A DNA stretch of 64,000 nucleotides from the human T2T-CHM13v2.0 reference genome, Homo sapiens: the NCBI RefSeq assembly GCF_009914755.1, contig NC_060929.1, one strand, 5' to 3'. A model generated the notes under the pieces. The model ran no database searches, was not told the origin of the DNA, and worked only from the letters and a program-made list of their open reading frames with translations. Position numbers and translations under genes: made by a program. Of the stretch, positions 27,151-41,777 are shown in pieces (the first letter of the stretch is position 1; each line of letters starts with the position of its first letter).

Positions 27151-30100
27151 TAATCATTTGTTCTTTTGGATGATTTCAAAATTAATCAGGTATAAGCCTT
27201 TATTTCTCCTCAAATGGTAGAATTATGATGCACGTTTTTAATAAACTATTTTAATCTTCTTGCTTTAGACAACAAGAACAAAGATATCTTTCAAGGGGAC
27301 TTATATTGCATCATTCAAAATCACTTCAAATGAAGGCCACAAGTTTCACTTTGCAGAATCCAAACATCTGTTCCTCCCTAAATATAACCCATGAATTATA
27401 TTTCTGTAAGTCTATAGCTTTTATTAAAGGATACAGACCGGAGCAGAACTCCCAGGGTATTAAGAACATCTATCCTGTAGCATTCTATCTTTATAATGAC
27501 ATGTAGATTTTCCATTTAAAAAATCCTTAATTTAAATTATTTAGAAATAATGTATAAAATAGCTCCTGGTGTTTAAATTTAGAGCTCTTCTAGAAGTTTA
27601 ATCTAAAACTACTCCTTAACTTCTAAGTATTTTCATTTGATGGACCACTGAGTGGTTTTTAAATTTTATTTCCTGCTTCTAACTCTTGACAATTTATTCC
27701 TTTAAGGAAAGCAAAAATACTGTCAGTGGTCATGTCGTTCTCAACAAAAATGTATTCTAGTACCATTCACTCTAGTATACAATTCAGTAAACTGAGGTCT
27801 ATGTTTTAGCTGTTTCTAAAGAAGGACAAAGAGAATACTGACATTTGGTTATCTTACCGATAAGATAGTCCTATGACACATATATTGAAGACATTTTATT
27901 TTGAAGCTCAACTGAATGACTGTGAGTTACAGACAGTTTTATATTTACTGATATACTTTCATCTAACCACTGTGAAATTATGAAAAGAAAATAGTGATTG
28001 AATTATTTTCTGTCTAATTACATGGCTAAGTTAAAGTTTATTCAAGTTTGGAGTTTTAATTTCAGATAGATTTTTCCCTCATTGCTATTGTAATCCTCCC
28101 ACCACATTGCATATTTTCAAATCATCCAGTTTATTTTTCCTCTTGCTGATAATATAAGTCACCTCCCTGTGTTTCTTGTTACTCTACAGATGTCAAAGAA
28201 TCTTTATGCTCTTTATTAATACATAAGATGCCAATGCCATACATATCATTTGGATTATTGTTCCAGTTTGCAGGTGTGATGGACAGCACAAAATCAAACA
28301 CGTAACTGTGCCCTTCAGTCTTTAAAATGTTCACGTTTTATGGAAGCTTTGGAATGTGTTAATGATTCTGATTTCTGGATATAACAATTTGTCTTACTGA
28401 ATATTAAGGAGGCGGCATTAGGGCAATAAAGTATTAAATGTTAAATAAAGTATTAACTAATAAATAAAATATTTATTAGCTAATAGACACTTTAAAGACA
28501 TGGTCTTGTTTGATACTCAAACAACCAAAGAGGTACACAACCTTGTCTAAGTTTGAAAAGAGGAAAACCGAAATCATCTAGTTTAGGACGCTTCTTAATT
28601 TCTTGTAATCAGAAAATTATACAAATTGATTTTGAACCCAAGACCAATTTCTGTACTTGCACTCTCTCCACCATATTCAGATAAATAATTTAGGAATTTA
28701 AGAAAAGTCTTTTTAAAAATCGTACACTTATTAGAGAAGCAATGACAATACTTCCACCTATTCTTATCAGTCACCTATCTGAGCAGGTGGTTTACACAAC
28801 TCTTTTCACAAGAGAAGGGGCATAGGCTATGATGCTATAGGTATAGCTCAATGTCTGGCCTTTGGTCTCTATGTCTTTTGATATAGAAGCCACTGAGAGT
28901 TTGCCTACATTCCCAGAGGCTCAAAGTGATAGCTCCCTTGTCCTTATGCCCATATAGTAGCATGCAACTTCTAAACAGAGGAGCTATGAGATCACCTGTT
29001 TCAAAAGGGATTTCTGAATTATTTCTGCCTTAGCCCACAAAGATATCTCACTGGTGCATTGACCAAAGTCAGTTCAGATGCTCTAAATGCAAAAAAACAC
29101 TTGGGAAGCAAGAGTCAAATGTAGTACCAAATACTCTCTCCAAATAGTTACATTATAATAATTTCAAAAAATATGTACACAGCAGGTATTGTTCTAAGTA
29201 CTGTGAGAAATGCATACACAAACTATATGCAAATACTGCCTTCAAGGAGCCCCTCAAAAATGAAGACCTAATCTGCCTAATATGAAGAAGTTAAATATGA
29301 CTAAAAGAGAATTTAAGACATGTTCGTAAATTGCACACCATAGGTACTCTGGGTTTCCAAAAGAGATAATCAATTGGTCACCTTTTAAGTAAGTTCTGGT
29401 ATTAAAGAAATTTAAAGACAGCATTTGCTAAGGAGTTCCGGGGGTTGCATGGCACAAATATTAATTTGTCAACAAATATGTGCTGCTTCCTGGGCTTGCC
29501 ACTATGCCTCCAAAGAGAATTAGATACAGCCTAATCCTCAAGAAAACATGAACAAATCAATAATGTCTTATAAAACAGTACAAGTTCTAGGTTAGGCTTT
29601 ATAAAGGGCAGTCCTAAAAGACACAAAGGAGAGTGATCAAGTCTTCTGTGTACATGACAACACTGCAAACATTCATTGAGCAGCAAACATAGTGCTAGTC
29701 CATGGGTTGCCAGGAGGAATACCAAGAGAACTAGAAACAAGGTGGAGATAAACGGATTAAATTGCATAAAAGTTAAAAGGTCTAGTGGCATATTTACTTT
29801 TTCAGCTAATGCTTTAGATGTTATAATATAAAATAAATCCAAGGCTATCCCAAGAGTTTGCTCCTAATATATTTTCAAGTCTTTGCTTTCCCAATTAAAA
29901 TGTAGGCTCATGATCAAAGACAGCCAAGAATGTGATCAAATAAAATCTCAATTTAAAAAGTGTTAAGTTCTGTTTATAAATTTCATAATATCTTTTTCCT
30001 TCAAAATGATTTTCTAAAATAATCAACATCTACTTATTTATGTTAACAACAAATTTTTGAAGTTAAATACTACTCATTTCTACATATTTAGTGTCCTACA

Positions 30101-30812
30101 GGGATAAATAAGAATGCCATTTCTATCTAGTATATGTTCTTTTCCCTAAAACAGTATGTTTAAAGATGTTATTTGATATTATACTGCATTGAAGTTTTCA
30201 CCCACTGGCAGCTGCGTATTATCTGATGGAGCAGAATGGGTGATGTGTCAAGGAAGAAAATGATTCTACCAGGAGCATATGTTTCCAGGTCTGTAACAAA
30301 TATCGAGGGTGTGTGGGCAGACCAACATTTGCTGTGGAATATTAAAGAATTAAAGACTGAGTTTCTTTAATTTTCTGAGCAATTCACACCAATCCTACAG
30401 CATACTTTAAGCAGAACTGCCAGTATAGTGAGAAATTTTCCATCACTTACAAACGAATTCAATGAATATCCACTCCAATTCACTACAGTGCCCACAAAGA
30501 ACTCATGTATGTATGTTTCTGCATAGGTATAACAAGAAATGTTTTTGTCCTATCTTCTTTCATCCTTTCCTTCATAATTTAGTGGTACTTATTAAATCTT
30601 TTTTGCTTCAACAGAAAATACACATATGGATGATATGATGTTGCTCAATAGATAACAGAATCCCATTAGTAGGCAGATGTTGCACTTGCTTTTTTTATGT
30701 AGGCCAGTAACTTAGAGGAAATTTTTAAATTATTTATAAATTTACTAAGTTCTGCAAAAAGGTTTTGTAATTTGCACATTTTGGCTCACTTTTTAAAGAT
30801 ATGGCTTCTACC

Positions 30813-31647
30813 AGAGAGTTAAATCATGAGTGAACTCCCATTTACAATTGCTTCAAAGAGAATAAAATACCTAGGAATCCAACTTACAAGGGATGTGAAG
30901 GACCTCTTTAAGGAGAACTACAAACCACTGCTCAATGAAATAAAAGAGGATACAAAGAAATGGAATAACATTCCATGCTCATGGGTAGGAAGAATCAATA
31001 TCATGAAAATGGCCATACTGCCCAAGGTAATTTATAGATTCAATGCCATCCCCATCAAGCTACCAATAACTTTCTTCACAGAATTGGAAAAAACTACTTT
31101 AAAGTTCATATGGAACCAAAAAAGAGCCTGCATCGCCAAGTCAATCCTAAGCCAAAAGAACAAAGCCGGAGGCATCATGCTACCTGACTTCAAACTATAC
31201 TACAAGGCTACAAGTAACCAAAACAGCATGGTACTGGTACCAAAACAGATAGATCAATGGAACAGAACAGAGCCCTCAGAAATAACGCCGCATATCTACA
31301 ACTATCTGATCTTTGACAAACCTGAGAAAAACAAGCAATGGGGAAAGGATTCCTTATTTAATAAATGGTGCTGGGAAAACTGGCTAGCCATATGTAGAAA
31401 GCTGAAACTGGATCCCTTCCTTACACCTTACACAAAAATTAATTCCAGATGGATTAAAGACTTAAATGTTAGACCTAAAACCATAAAAACCCTAGAAGAA
31501 AACCTAGGCATTACCATTCAGGACATAGGCATGGGCAAGGACTTCATGTCTAAAACACCAAAAGCAATGGTAATGAAAGTCAGAATTGACAAATGGGATC
31601 TAATTAAACTAAAGAGCTTCTGCATAGCAAAAGAAACTACCATCAGA
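30813..31647 (+). mobile_element. Host 5'-truncated L1PA4-like element, 5' part (ORF2 fragment)
   Basis: Encodes ORF2 sequence [14 protein letters not shown]...KETTIR and is interrupted by the young L1. The left TSD AAAGATATGGCTTCTACC (30795-30812) follows a TTTT/AAAG endonuclease site. Confidence 0.93.
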
Positions 31648-32553
31648 GGGGGAGGAGCCAAGATGGCCGAATAGGAACAGCTCCAGTCTACAGCTCCCAG
31701 CGTGAGCGATGAAGAAGATGGGTGATTTCTGCATTTCCATCTGAGGTAACGGGTTCATCTCACTAGGGAGTGCCAGACAGTGGGCGCAGGCCAGTGTGTG
31801 CGCGCACCGTGCGCGAGCCGAAGCAGGGCGAGGCATTGCCTCACCTGGGAAGCGCAAGGGGTCAGGGAGTTCCCTTTCCGAGTCAAAGAAAGGGGTGACG
31901 GACGCACCTGGAAAATCGGGTCACTCCCACCCGAATATTGCACTTTTCAGACCGGCTTAAAAAACGGCGCACCACGAGACTATATCCCACACTTGGCTGA
32001 GAGGGTCCTACGCCCACGGAATCTCGCTGATTGCTAGCACAGCAGTCTGAGATCAAACTGCAAGGCGGCAACGAGGCTGGGGGAGGGGCGCCCGCCATTG
32101 CCCAGGCTTGCTTAGGTAAACAAAGCAGCCGGGAAGCTCGAACTGGGTGGAGCCCACCACAGCTCAAGGAGGCCTGCCTGCCTCTGTAGGCTCCACCTCT
32201 GGGGGCAGGGCACAGACAAACAAAAAGACAGCAGTAACCTCTGCAGACTTAAGTGTCCCTGTCTGACAGCTTTGAAGAGACCAGTGGTTCTCCCAGCACG
32301 CAGCTAGAGATCTGAGAACGGGCAGACTGCCTCCTCAAGTGGGTCCCTGACCCCTGACCCCCGAGCAGCCTAACTGGGAGGCACCCCCCAGCAGGGGCAC
32401 ACTGACACCTCACACGGCAGGGTATTCTAACAGACCTGCAGCTGAGGGTCCTGTCTGTTAGAAGGAAAACTAACAACCAGAAAGGACATCTACACCGAAA
32501 ACCCATCTGTACATCACCATCATCAAAGACCAAAAGTAGATAAAACCACAAAG
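31648..32553. promoter_or_regulatory. L1 5'UTR: CpG-rich bidirectional promoter (sense and antisense promoter)
   Basis: Intact YY1 site AAGATGGCC at 31660-31668 and SOX/SRY sites AACAAA at 32119-32124 and 32219-32224 (L1 +472 and +572). The 906-nt length fits the short 5'UTR form lacking the ZNF93 site. CpG-dense relative to the rest of the window. Confidence 0.9.
31883..32098 (-). CDS. L1 ORF0, full-length 71 aa, sense to HCN1
   Basis: ATG at 32098 in a strong Kozak context (GCAATGG). Translates MAGAPPPASLPPCSLISDCCASNQRDSVGVGPSQPSVGYSLVVRRFLSRSEKCNIRVGVTRFSRCVRHPFL*, the primate L1 antisense ORF0 with a few substitutions. Confidence 0.88.
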   Translation of the reverse strand: MAGAPPPASLPPCSLISDCCASNQRDSVGVGPSQPSVGYSLVVRRFLSRSEKCNIRVGVTRFSRCVRHPFL

Positions 32554-33570
32554 ATGGGGAAAAAACAGAACAGAAAAACTGGAAACTCTAAAACGCAGAG
32601 CGCCTCTCCTCCTCCAAAGGAACGCAGTTCCTCACCAGCAACGGAACAAAGCTGGATGGAGAATGATTTTGACGAGCTGAGAGAAGAAGGCTTCAGACGA
32701 TCAAATTACTCTGAGCTACGGGAGGACATTCAAACCAAAGGCAAAGAAGTTGAAAACTTTGAAAAAAAATTAGAAGAATGTAAAACTAGAATAACCAATA
32801 CAGAGAAGTGCTTAAAGGAGCTGATGGAGCTGAAAACCAAGGCTCGAGAACTACGTGAAGAATGCAGAAGCCTCAGGAGCCGATGCAATCAACTGGAAGA
32901 AAGGGTATCAGCAATGGAAGATGAAATGAATGAAATGAAGCGAGAAGGGAAGTTTAGAGAAAAAAGAATAAAAAGAAATGAGCAAAGCCTCCAAGAAATA
33001 TGGGACTATGTGAAAAGACCAAATCTACGTCTGATTGGTGTACCTGAAAGTGATGTGGAGAATGGAACCAAGTTGGAAAACACTCTGCAGGATATTATCC
33101 AGGAGAACTTCCCCAATCTAGCAAGGCAGGCCAACGTTCAGATTCAGGAAATACAGAGAACGCCACAAAGATACTCCTCGGGAAGAGAAACTCCAAGACA
33201 CATAATTGTCAGATTCACCAAAGTTGAAATGAAGGAAAAAATGTTAAGGGCAGCCAGAGAGAAAGGTCGGGTTACCCTCAAAGGAAAGCCCATCAGACTA
33301 ACAGCGGATCTCTCGGCAGAAACCCTACAAGCCAGAAGAGAGTGGGGGCCAATATTCCACATTCTTAAAGAAAAGAATTTTCAACCCAGAATTTCATAGC
33401 CAGCCAAACTAAGCTTCATAAGTGAAGGAGAAATAAAATACTTTATAGACAAGCAAATGCTGAGAGATTTTGTCACCACCAGGCCTGCCCTAAAAGAGCT
33501 CCTGAAGGAAGCGCTAAACATGGAAAGGAACAACCGGTACCAGCCGCTGCAAAATCATGCCAAAATGTAA
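32554..33570 (+). pseudogene. L1 ORF1 with premature stop (Y282*)
   Basis: Reads MGKKQNRKTGNSK...FQPRIS then TAG at 33397-33399, where the consensus has TAT (YPAKLS motif). The frame continues to the native TAA at 33568-33570 (338 codons). Confidence 0.95.
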
Positions 33571-33606
33571 AGACCATCGAGACTAGGAAGAAACTGCATC
33601 AACTAA

Positions 33607-37461
<3,855 letters not shown>

Positions 37462-37708
37462 ACAATGAGATCACATGGACACAGGAAGGGGAATATCACA
37501 CTCTGGGGACTGTGGTGGGGTCGGGGGAGGGGGAGGGATAGCATTGGGAGATATACCTAATGCTAGATGACACGTTAGTGGGTGCAGCGCACCAGCATGG
37601 CACATGTATACATATGTAACTAACCTGCACAATGTGCACATGTACCCTAAAACTTAAAGTATAATAATAATAAAAAAAAGAAAAAAAAAAAAAGAAACTA
37701 CCATCAGA

Positions 37709-38672
37709 GTGAACAAGCAACCTACAAAATGGGAGAAAATTTTCACAACCTACTCATCTGACAAAGGGCTAATATCCAGAATCTACAATGAACTCAAACA
37801 AATTTATGAGAAAAAAACAAACAACCCCATCAAATAGTGGGCAAAGGACATGAACAGACACTTCTCAAAAGAAGACATTTATGCAGCCAAAAAACACATG
37901 AAAAAATGCTCACCATCACTGGCCATCAGAGAAATGCAAATCAAAACCACACTGAGATACCATCTCACACTAGTTAGAATGGCAATCATTAAAAAGTCAG
38001 GAAACAACAGGTGCTGGAGAGGATGTGGAGAAATAGGAACACTTTTACACTGTTGGTGGGACTGTAAACTAGTTCAACCATTGTGGAAGTCAGTGTGGCG
38101 ATTCCTCAGGCATCTAGAACTAGAAATACCATTTGACCCAGCTAACCCATTACTGGGTATATACCCAAAGGACTATAAATCATGCTGCTATAAAGACACA
38201 TGCACACGTATGCTATTGTGGCACTATTCACAATAGCAAAGACTTGGAACCAACCCAAATGTCCAACAATGATAGACTGGATTAAGAAAATGTGGCACAT
38301 ATTCACCGTGGAATACTATGTAGCCATAAAAAATGATGAGTTCATGTACTTTGTAGGGACATGGATGAAATTGGAAATCATCATTCTCAGTAAACTATCG
38401 CAAGGACTAAAAACCAAACACCACATGTTCTCACTCATAGGTGGGAATTGAACAATGAGAACACATGGACACAGGAAGGGGCACATCACACTCTGGGGAC
38501 TGTTGTGGGGTGGGGGGAGGGGGGAGGGATAGCATTAGGAGATATACCTAATGCTAAATGACGAGTTAATGGGTGCAGCACACCAGCATGGCACATGTAT
38601 ACATATGTAACTAACCTGCACATTGTGCACATGTACCCTAAAACTTAAAGTATAATAATAATAAAATAAAAA
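37709..38672 (+). mobile_element. Host L1PA4-like element, 3' part (ORF2 end, 3'UTR, poly(A))
   Basis: Resumes at GTGAACAAGCAACC, exactly where the 5' part stopped, and contains a stop and a frameshift. It has the older 3'UTR form (ATTAGGAG...GCTAAATGACGAGTTAATGGG). Right TSD AAAGATATGGCTTTTACC at 38673-38690 matches the left at 17/18. Confidence 0.93.
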
Positions 38673-41069
38673 AAAGATATGGCTTTTACCTTTGGGTAAT
38701 TTAAGTGACAGGCTGTGTATCTGGTTTCTTCAACAGCTTAAAAAGCAAACAACAAAAACAGAAAACTTGTGAAGAAATAAATTCTCAGACTCTTTTTGGT
38801 ACCAGAGAGATACTTGGAAAAAAAAGTAAAGACTCAAGAATGGATCTTATAAATGCATCAAAAATAGCAATTCTTAAAATAATAATTTTGTTGTGTTTGC
38901 AGATTACTAACTCAAAAGTCATTATTTCAAAACCCATATGGTGTCACATAACAGAAAAGATTAAAAGAGAAATACCAACCTATAGAATATGTTTATGAGA
39001 ATTAAACTGTGCCAAAACTCTTGGCAATTTAAAATTGATGTAAATGTCTTAATTTACATTTCTACCTAATCTCTCTAATTTCTCTGACCTTTTCTCTCAC
39101 TAATCCTCAACCTGATCAAGGAGCTTTAGACAAGCTAGTCTATTTACTCAGCTTCACACCTCCTTTTTAAAATGTCTTCTGCACAACCGCTCCCTGTAAG
39201 TACTTGTAATACTCTCCCCCCAAGTTCTCTTCTTGACATTCTCCATGCCCAATTGAGCTTACCAACTCCTCCAGCATAATCCCACGGTCTCTGAGCCACA
39301 GTCATTGTACTCTTTCTGCTGAACTTGTGTAGCCTATGAATCTTAGAATGTGTTAAATCTAATCCCAGGACAAGTAGTGGTGCCTCTAGAATATCTATTT
39401 AGGTGAAAATGAGGGGGTGGCAAACCGGGAATATAAAAAAGTAGTTTAGGAGGATTTGAAGTAAAACTGTTTCCTTAGCCAGCATGCTGTTTTTGCTTAG
39501 AGTTTAAATTACTAGTCAATGAAACATAGCAATGTGTCCTAAAGATATTTATTCATACTTCACATAAGATTACAAAAACATTTGTTTGGGCATAAATTCT
39601 CATAAGCTACCCCTTGATACTTCTATATTAGGCAACAACCGTGTCATTGTTCTGTTACATATAAAGAAAGGCCACAACCACAATATGTACATAATAAACC
39701 CAAATGAGCATTCATAGACTGAAGAAATTACTCTCAGACTTGGTCAGGTGGCCTAGTAATACATTCCCTGAATCATGTCTTTTCCTTCATATACATAAAA
39801 TATTTTGTATTTTTGTATGTATGTGGATAATTGTTTTTAAAGGTTTATTTCTCCAACTACAGTAAATGTAACATGGCCAGGGATCACATCTATCTCTACT
39901 TCCCATTATATTATATCACCATTGTCTATCTAACACAGTGTATGCAACTACAGTGAACTCCCTAAATAAATTGAATAAATGAGTGGATAAATACCACAGC
40001 TTTAATAAATAAAGACACTGCATCATAGAATCAGTCTATATGTGTCTGTTCCTTGAATATTTTATTGTTTGGGGCACCTCAATATCATGAAAATGCAGAC
40101 AAATTGGAAGATATCCAGAAAAAATCAGGGGGGTGGGAATGATTAAGGAAATGGAAAGCCTAATGTCTAAGAGAAGATTTAAAAAGTGAAATATCTAAAA
40201 CTTGGCTAGATTAAAGCTATGAAAAAACATGACATATTCCACACATCCTTGAAGGTAAAGTGAGAACTTAGTTTGATCAGTATAGTAAGAGGAAGAGGAA
40301 GAGCCATGGAACTCAGGCTGGGCTCACTGGTCCTACAAACCTCACCTGCTTTCAAGAAATAAGCCACATAGGGACACAGTAAGAATGATTGTGGGCATAC
40401 TTTCAACTATCAGGAGCCCCTAAAGTCACCTAGTGGTTTCTCATGGGGTCAGAGTTCAAGGATTATTCTCTGGCCTACAATCTCTCTCCAGAGACCCATG
40501 CTGGTCCTGGTGGGTAGAAGCTCCCAGTCTCATAATTGTTTGCTGCAAAACAAATATCCAAGGGAAATCTATTAGTTTCCTATACTATTCATTCTTTGAG
40601 TAAAAATTATATATCAGACTTAAAAAAAATAAAGGTATTTAAGACTTACAACCCCCATCACACTGAAAACTATAATTCCAAGAAGTTCCAAGAAAAGTAA
40701 TGAGTTGAAAAACATTTTAAGTACTAGTACAGTGTCAGATGTACTATAGGTTTGGGAAAATATTAGCAAAGGCTGCTGACATTAACAAATTTACAGTGAA
40801 TTTTAAAACATGCATTGAAAGAAAATCATGCCTAGGATCAATCTAAATGTCTGCAAGTTATAAACTCAAACATTCTAGAATACTTTGAATTAAAACTTGA
40901 TGAAATCTTACGAATAAACACAACTAACATTAGTAAGGTGATTAAGCTTTATAGCTCTCTTGTTATGTTTCAACTTGGTTGTCAAGCTACTATGACATTG
41001 TAGTTCTTCCGACAATAGCCATGTTCCCAGTTGCTAAAAAAACAACTCCTATTCATAAAGTATTTTCAC

Positions 41070-41260
41070 AGTATTAATTTTCATTGCATTTTCTCACCAG
41101 TTCTATGAGACATATAAAAATGTGTTGTTCATTCTATGTTTACAGATGAAAAATCTAAAACAATTAAAATGGTATGTGACTTGGCCAAGATCACTTGACT
41201 GGTTAATGGCATCTAAGATTTGGAGGCAGATTTTCTGGTAGCTAACCCAGGGCTCTTTCC
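41070..41260 (-). mobile_element. MIR
   Basis: TTTACAGATGAAAAA...GTGACTTGGCCAAGATCAC...GATTTGGAGGCAG. Boundaries approximate. Confidence 0.65.
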
Positions 41261-41416
41261 TATGTAATGTCATGCATCAGATTTATATTGATTTTGTATT
41301 TTATACCTCCCAAAATCAAACTTTTTTATGCCACAAATAATAGCACAATTTCCTTATATGCCTAAGAGTAGCTTAATGAAAAATAATCTGTATTTATTAT
41401 CAAAATAGATAGCTAC

Positions 41417-41777
41417 TGATATGGTTTGGCTCTGTGTTCCCACCCAAATCTCATCTCAAATTGTAATCCCCGTGTGTGGAAGGAGGGATTCGGTGGGAGG
41501 TGATTGGATCATGGGGGCACTTTCCCCTCTGCTGTTCTCATAATAGGAAGTTCTCACAAGATCTGATGGTTTAAAAGTGTAGCACCTCCTCCCTCAATCT
41601 CTCTCTCCTGCCACCACATAAGAAGTGTTTGGCTTCCTCTTCACCTTCCGCCATGATTGTAAGTTTCCTGAAGCCTCCCTAGCCATGTGGAATTGTGAGT
41701 CAATTAAATTTCTTTTCTTCATAAATTACCCAGTCTCAGGTAGTATCTTTAAAGCAGTGTGAAAACGGACTGATACA
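41417..41777 (+). mobile_element. Solo MaLR LTR (THE1D/MSTA-like)
   Basis: TGATATGGTTTGGCTCTGTG...GCCATGATTGTAAGTTTCCTGA...ATTAAA...GGACTGATACA, with TG...CA ends. Degraded 5-bp TSD GCTAC/GTCAC. Confidence 0.9.

Noticed and set aside
30826-31674. 282-aa ORF from the host ORF2 fragment running into the young L1 5'UTR (...[12 protein letters not shown])
   Set aside because: By-product of nesting. It stays open only through compensating +1/-4 indels near 31212-31250 ([14 protein letters not shown] replaces [15 protein letters not shown]), lacks the EN and RT cores, and has no evident promoter.
32099-32167. 23-aa N-terminal extension of ORF0 in the ORF track
   Set aside because: It begins at TTG. 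The recognised ORF0 start is the strong-Kozak ATG at 32098.
37505-37537. G-quadruplex-like tract (also near 26966-26998 and 38495-38528)
   Set aside because: Standard polypurine tract of the L1 3'UTR, not specific to this locus.
37850-38451. Two ORFs resembling the ORF2 C-terminus
   Set aside because: Broken remnants of host L1 ORF2, with an upstream TAG and a frameshift near 38212.
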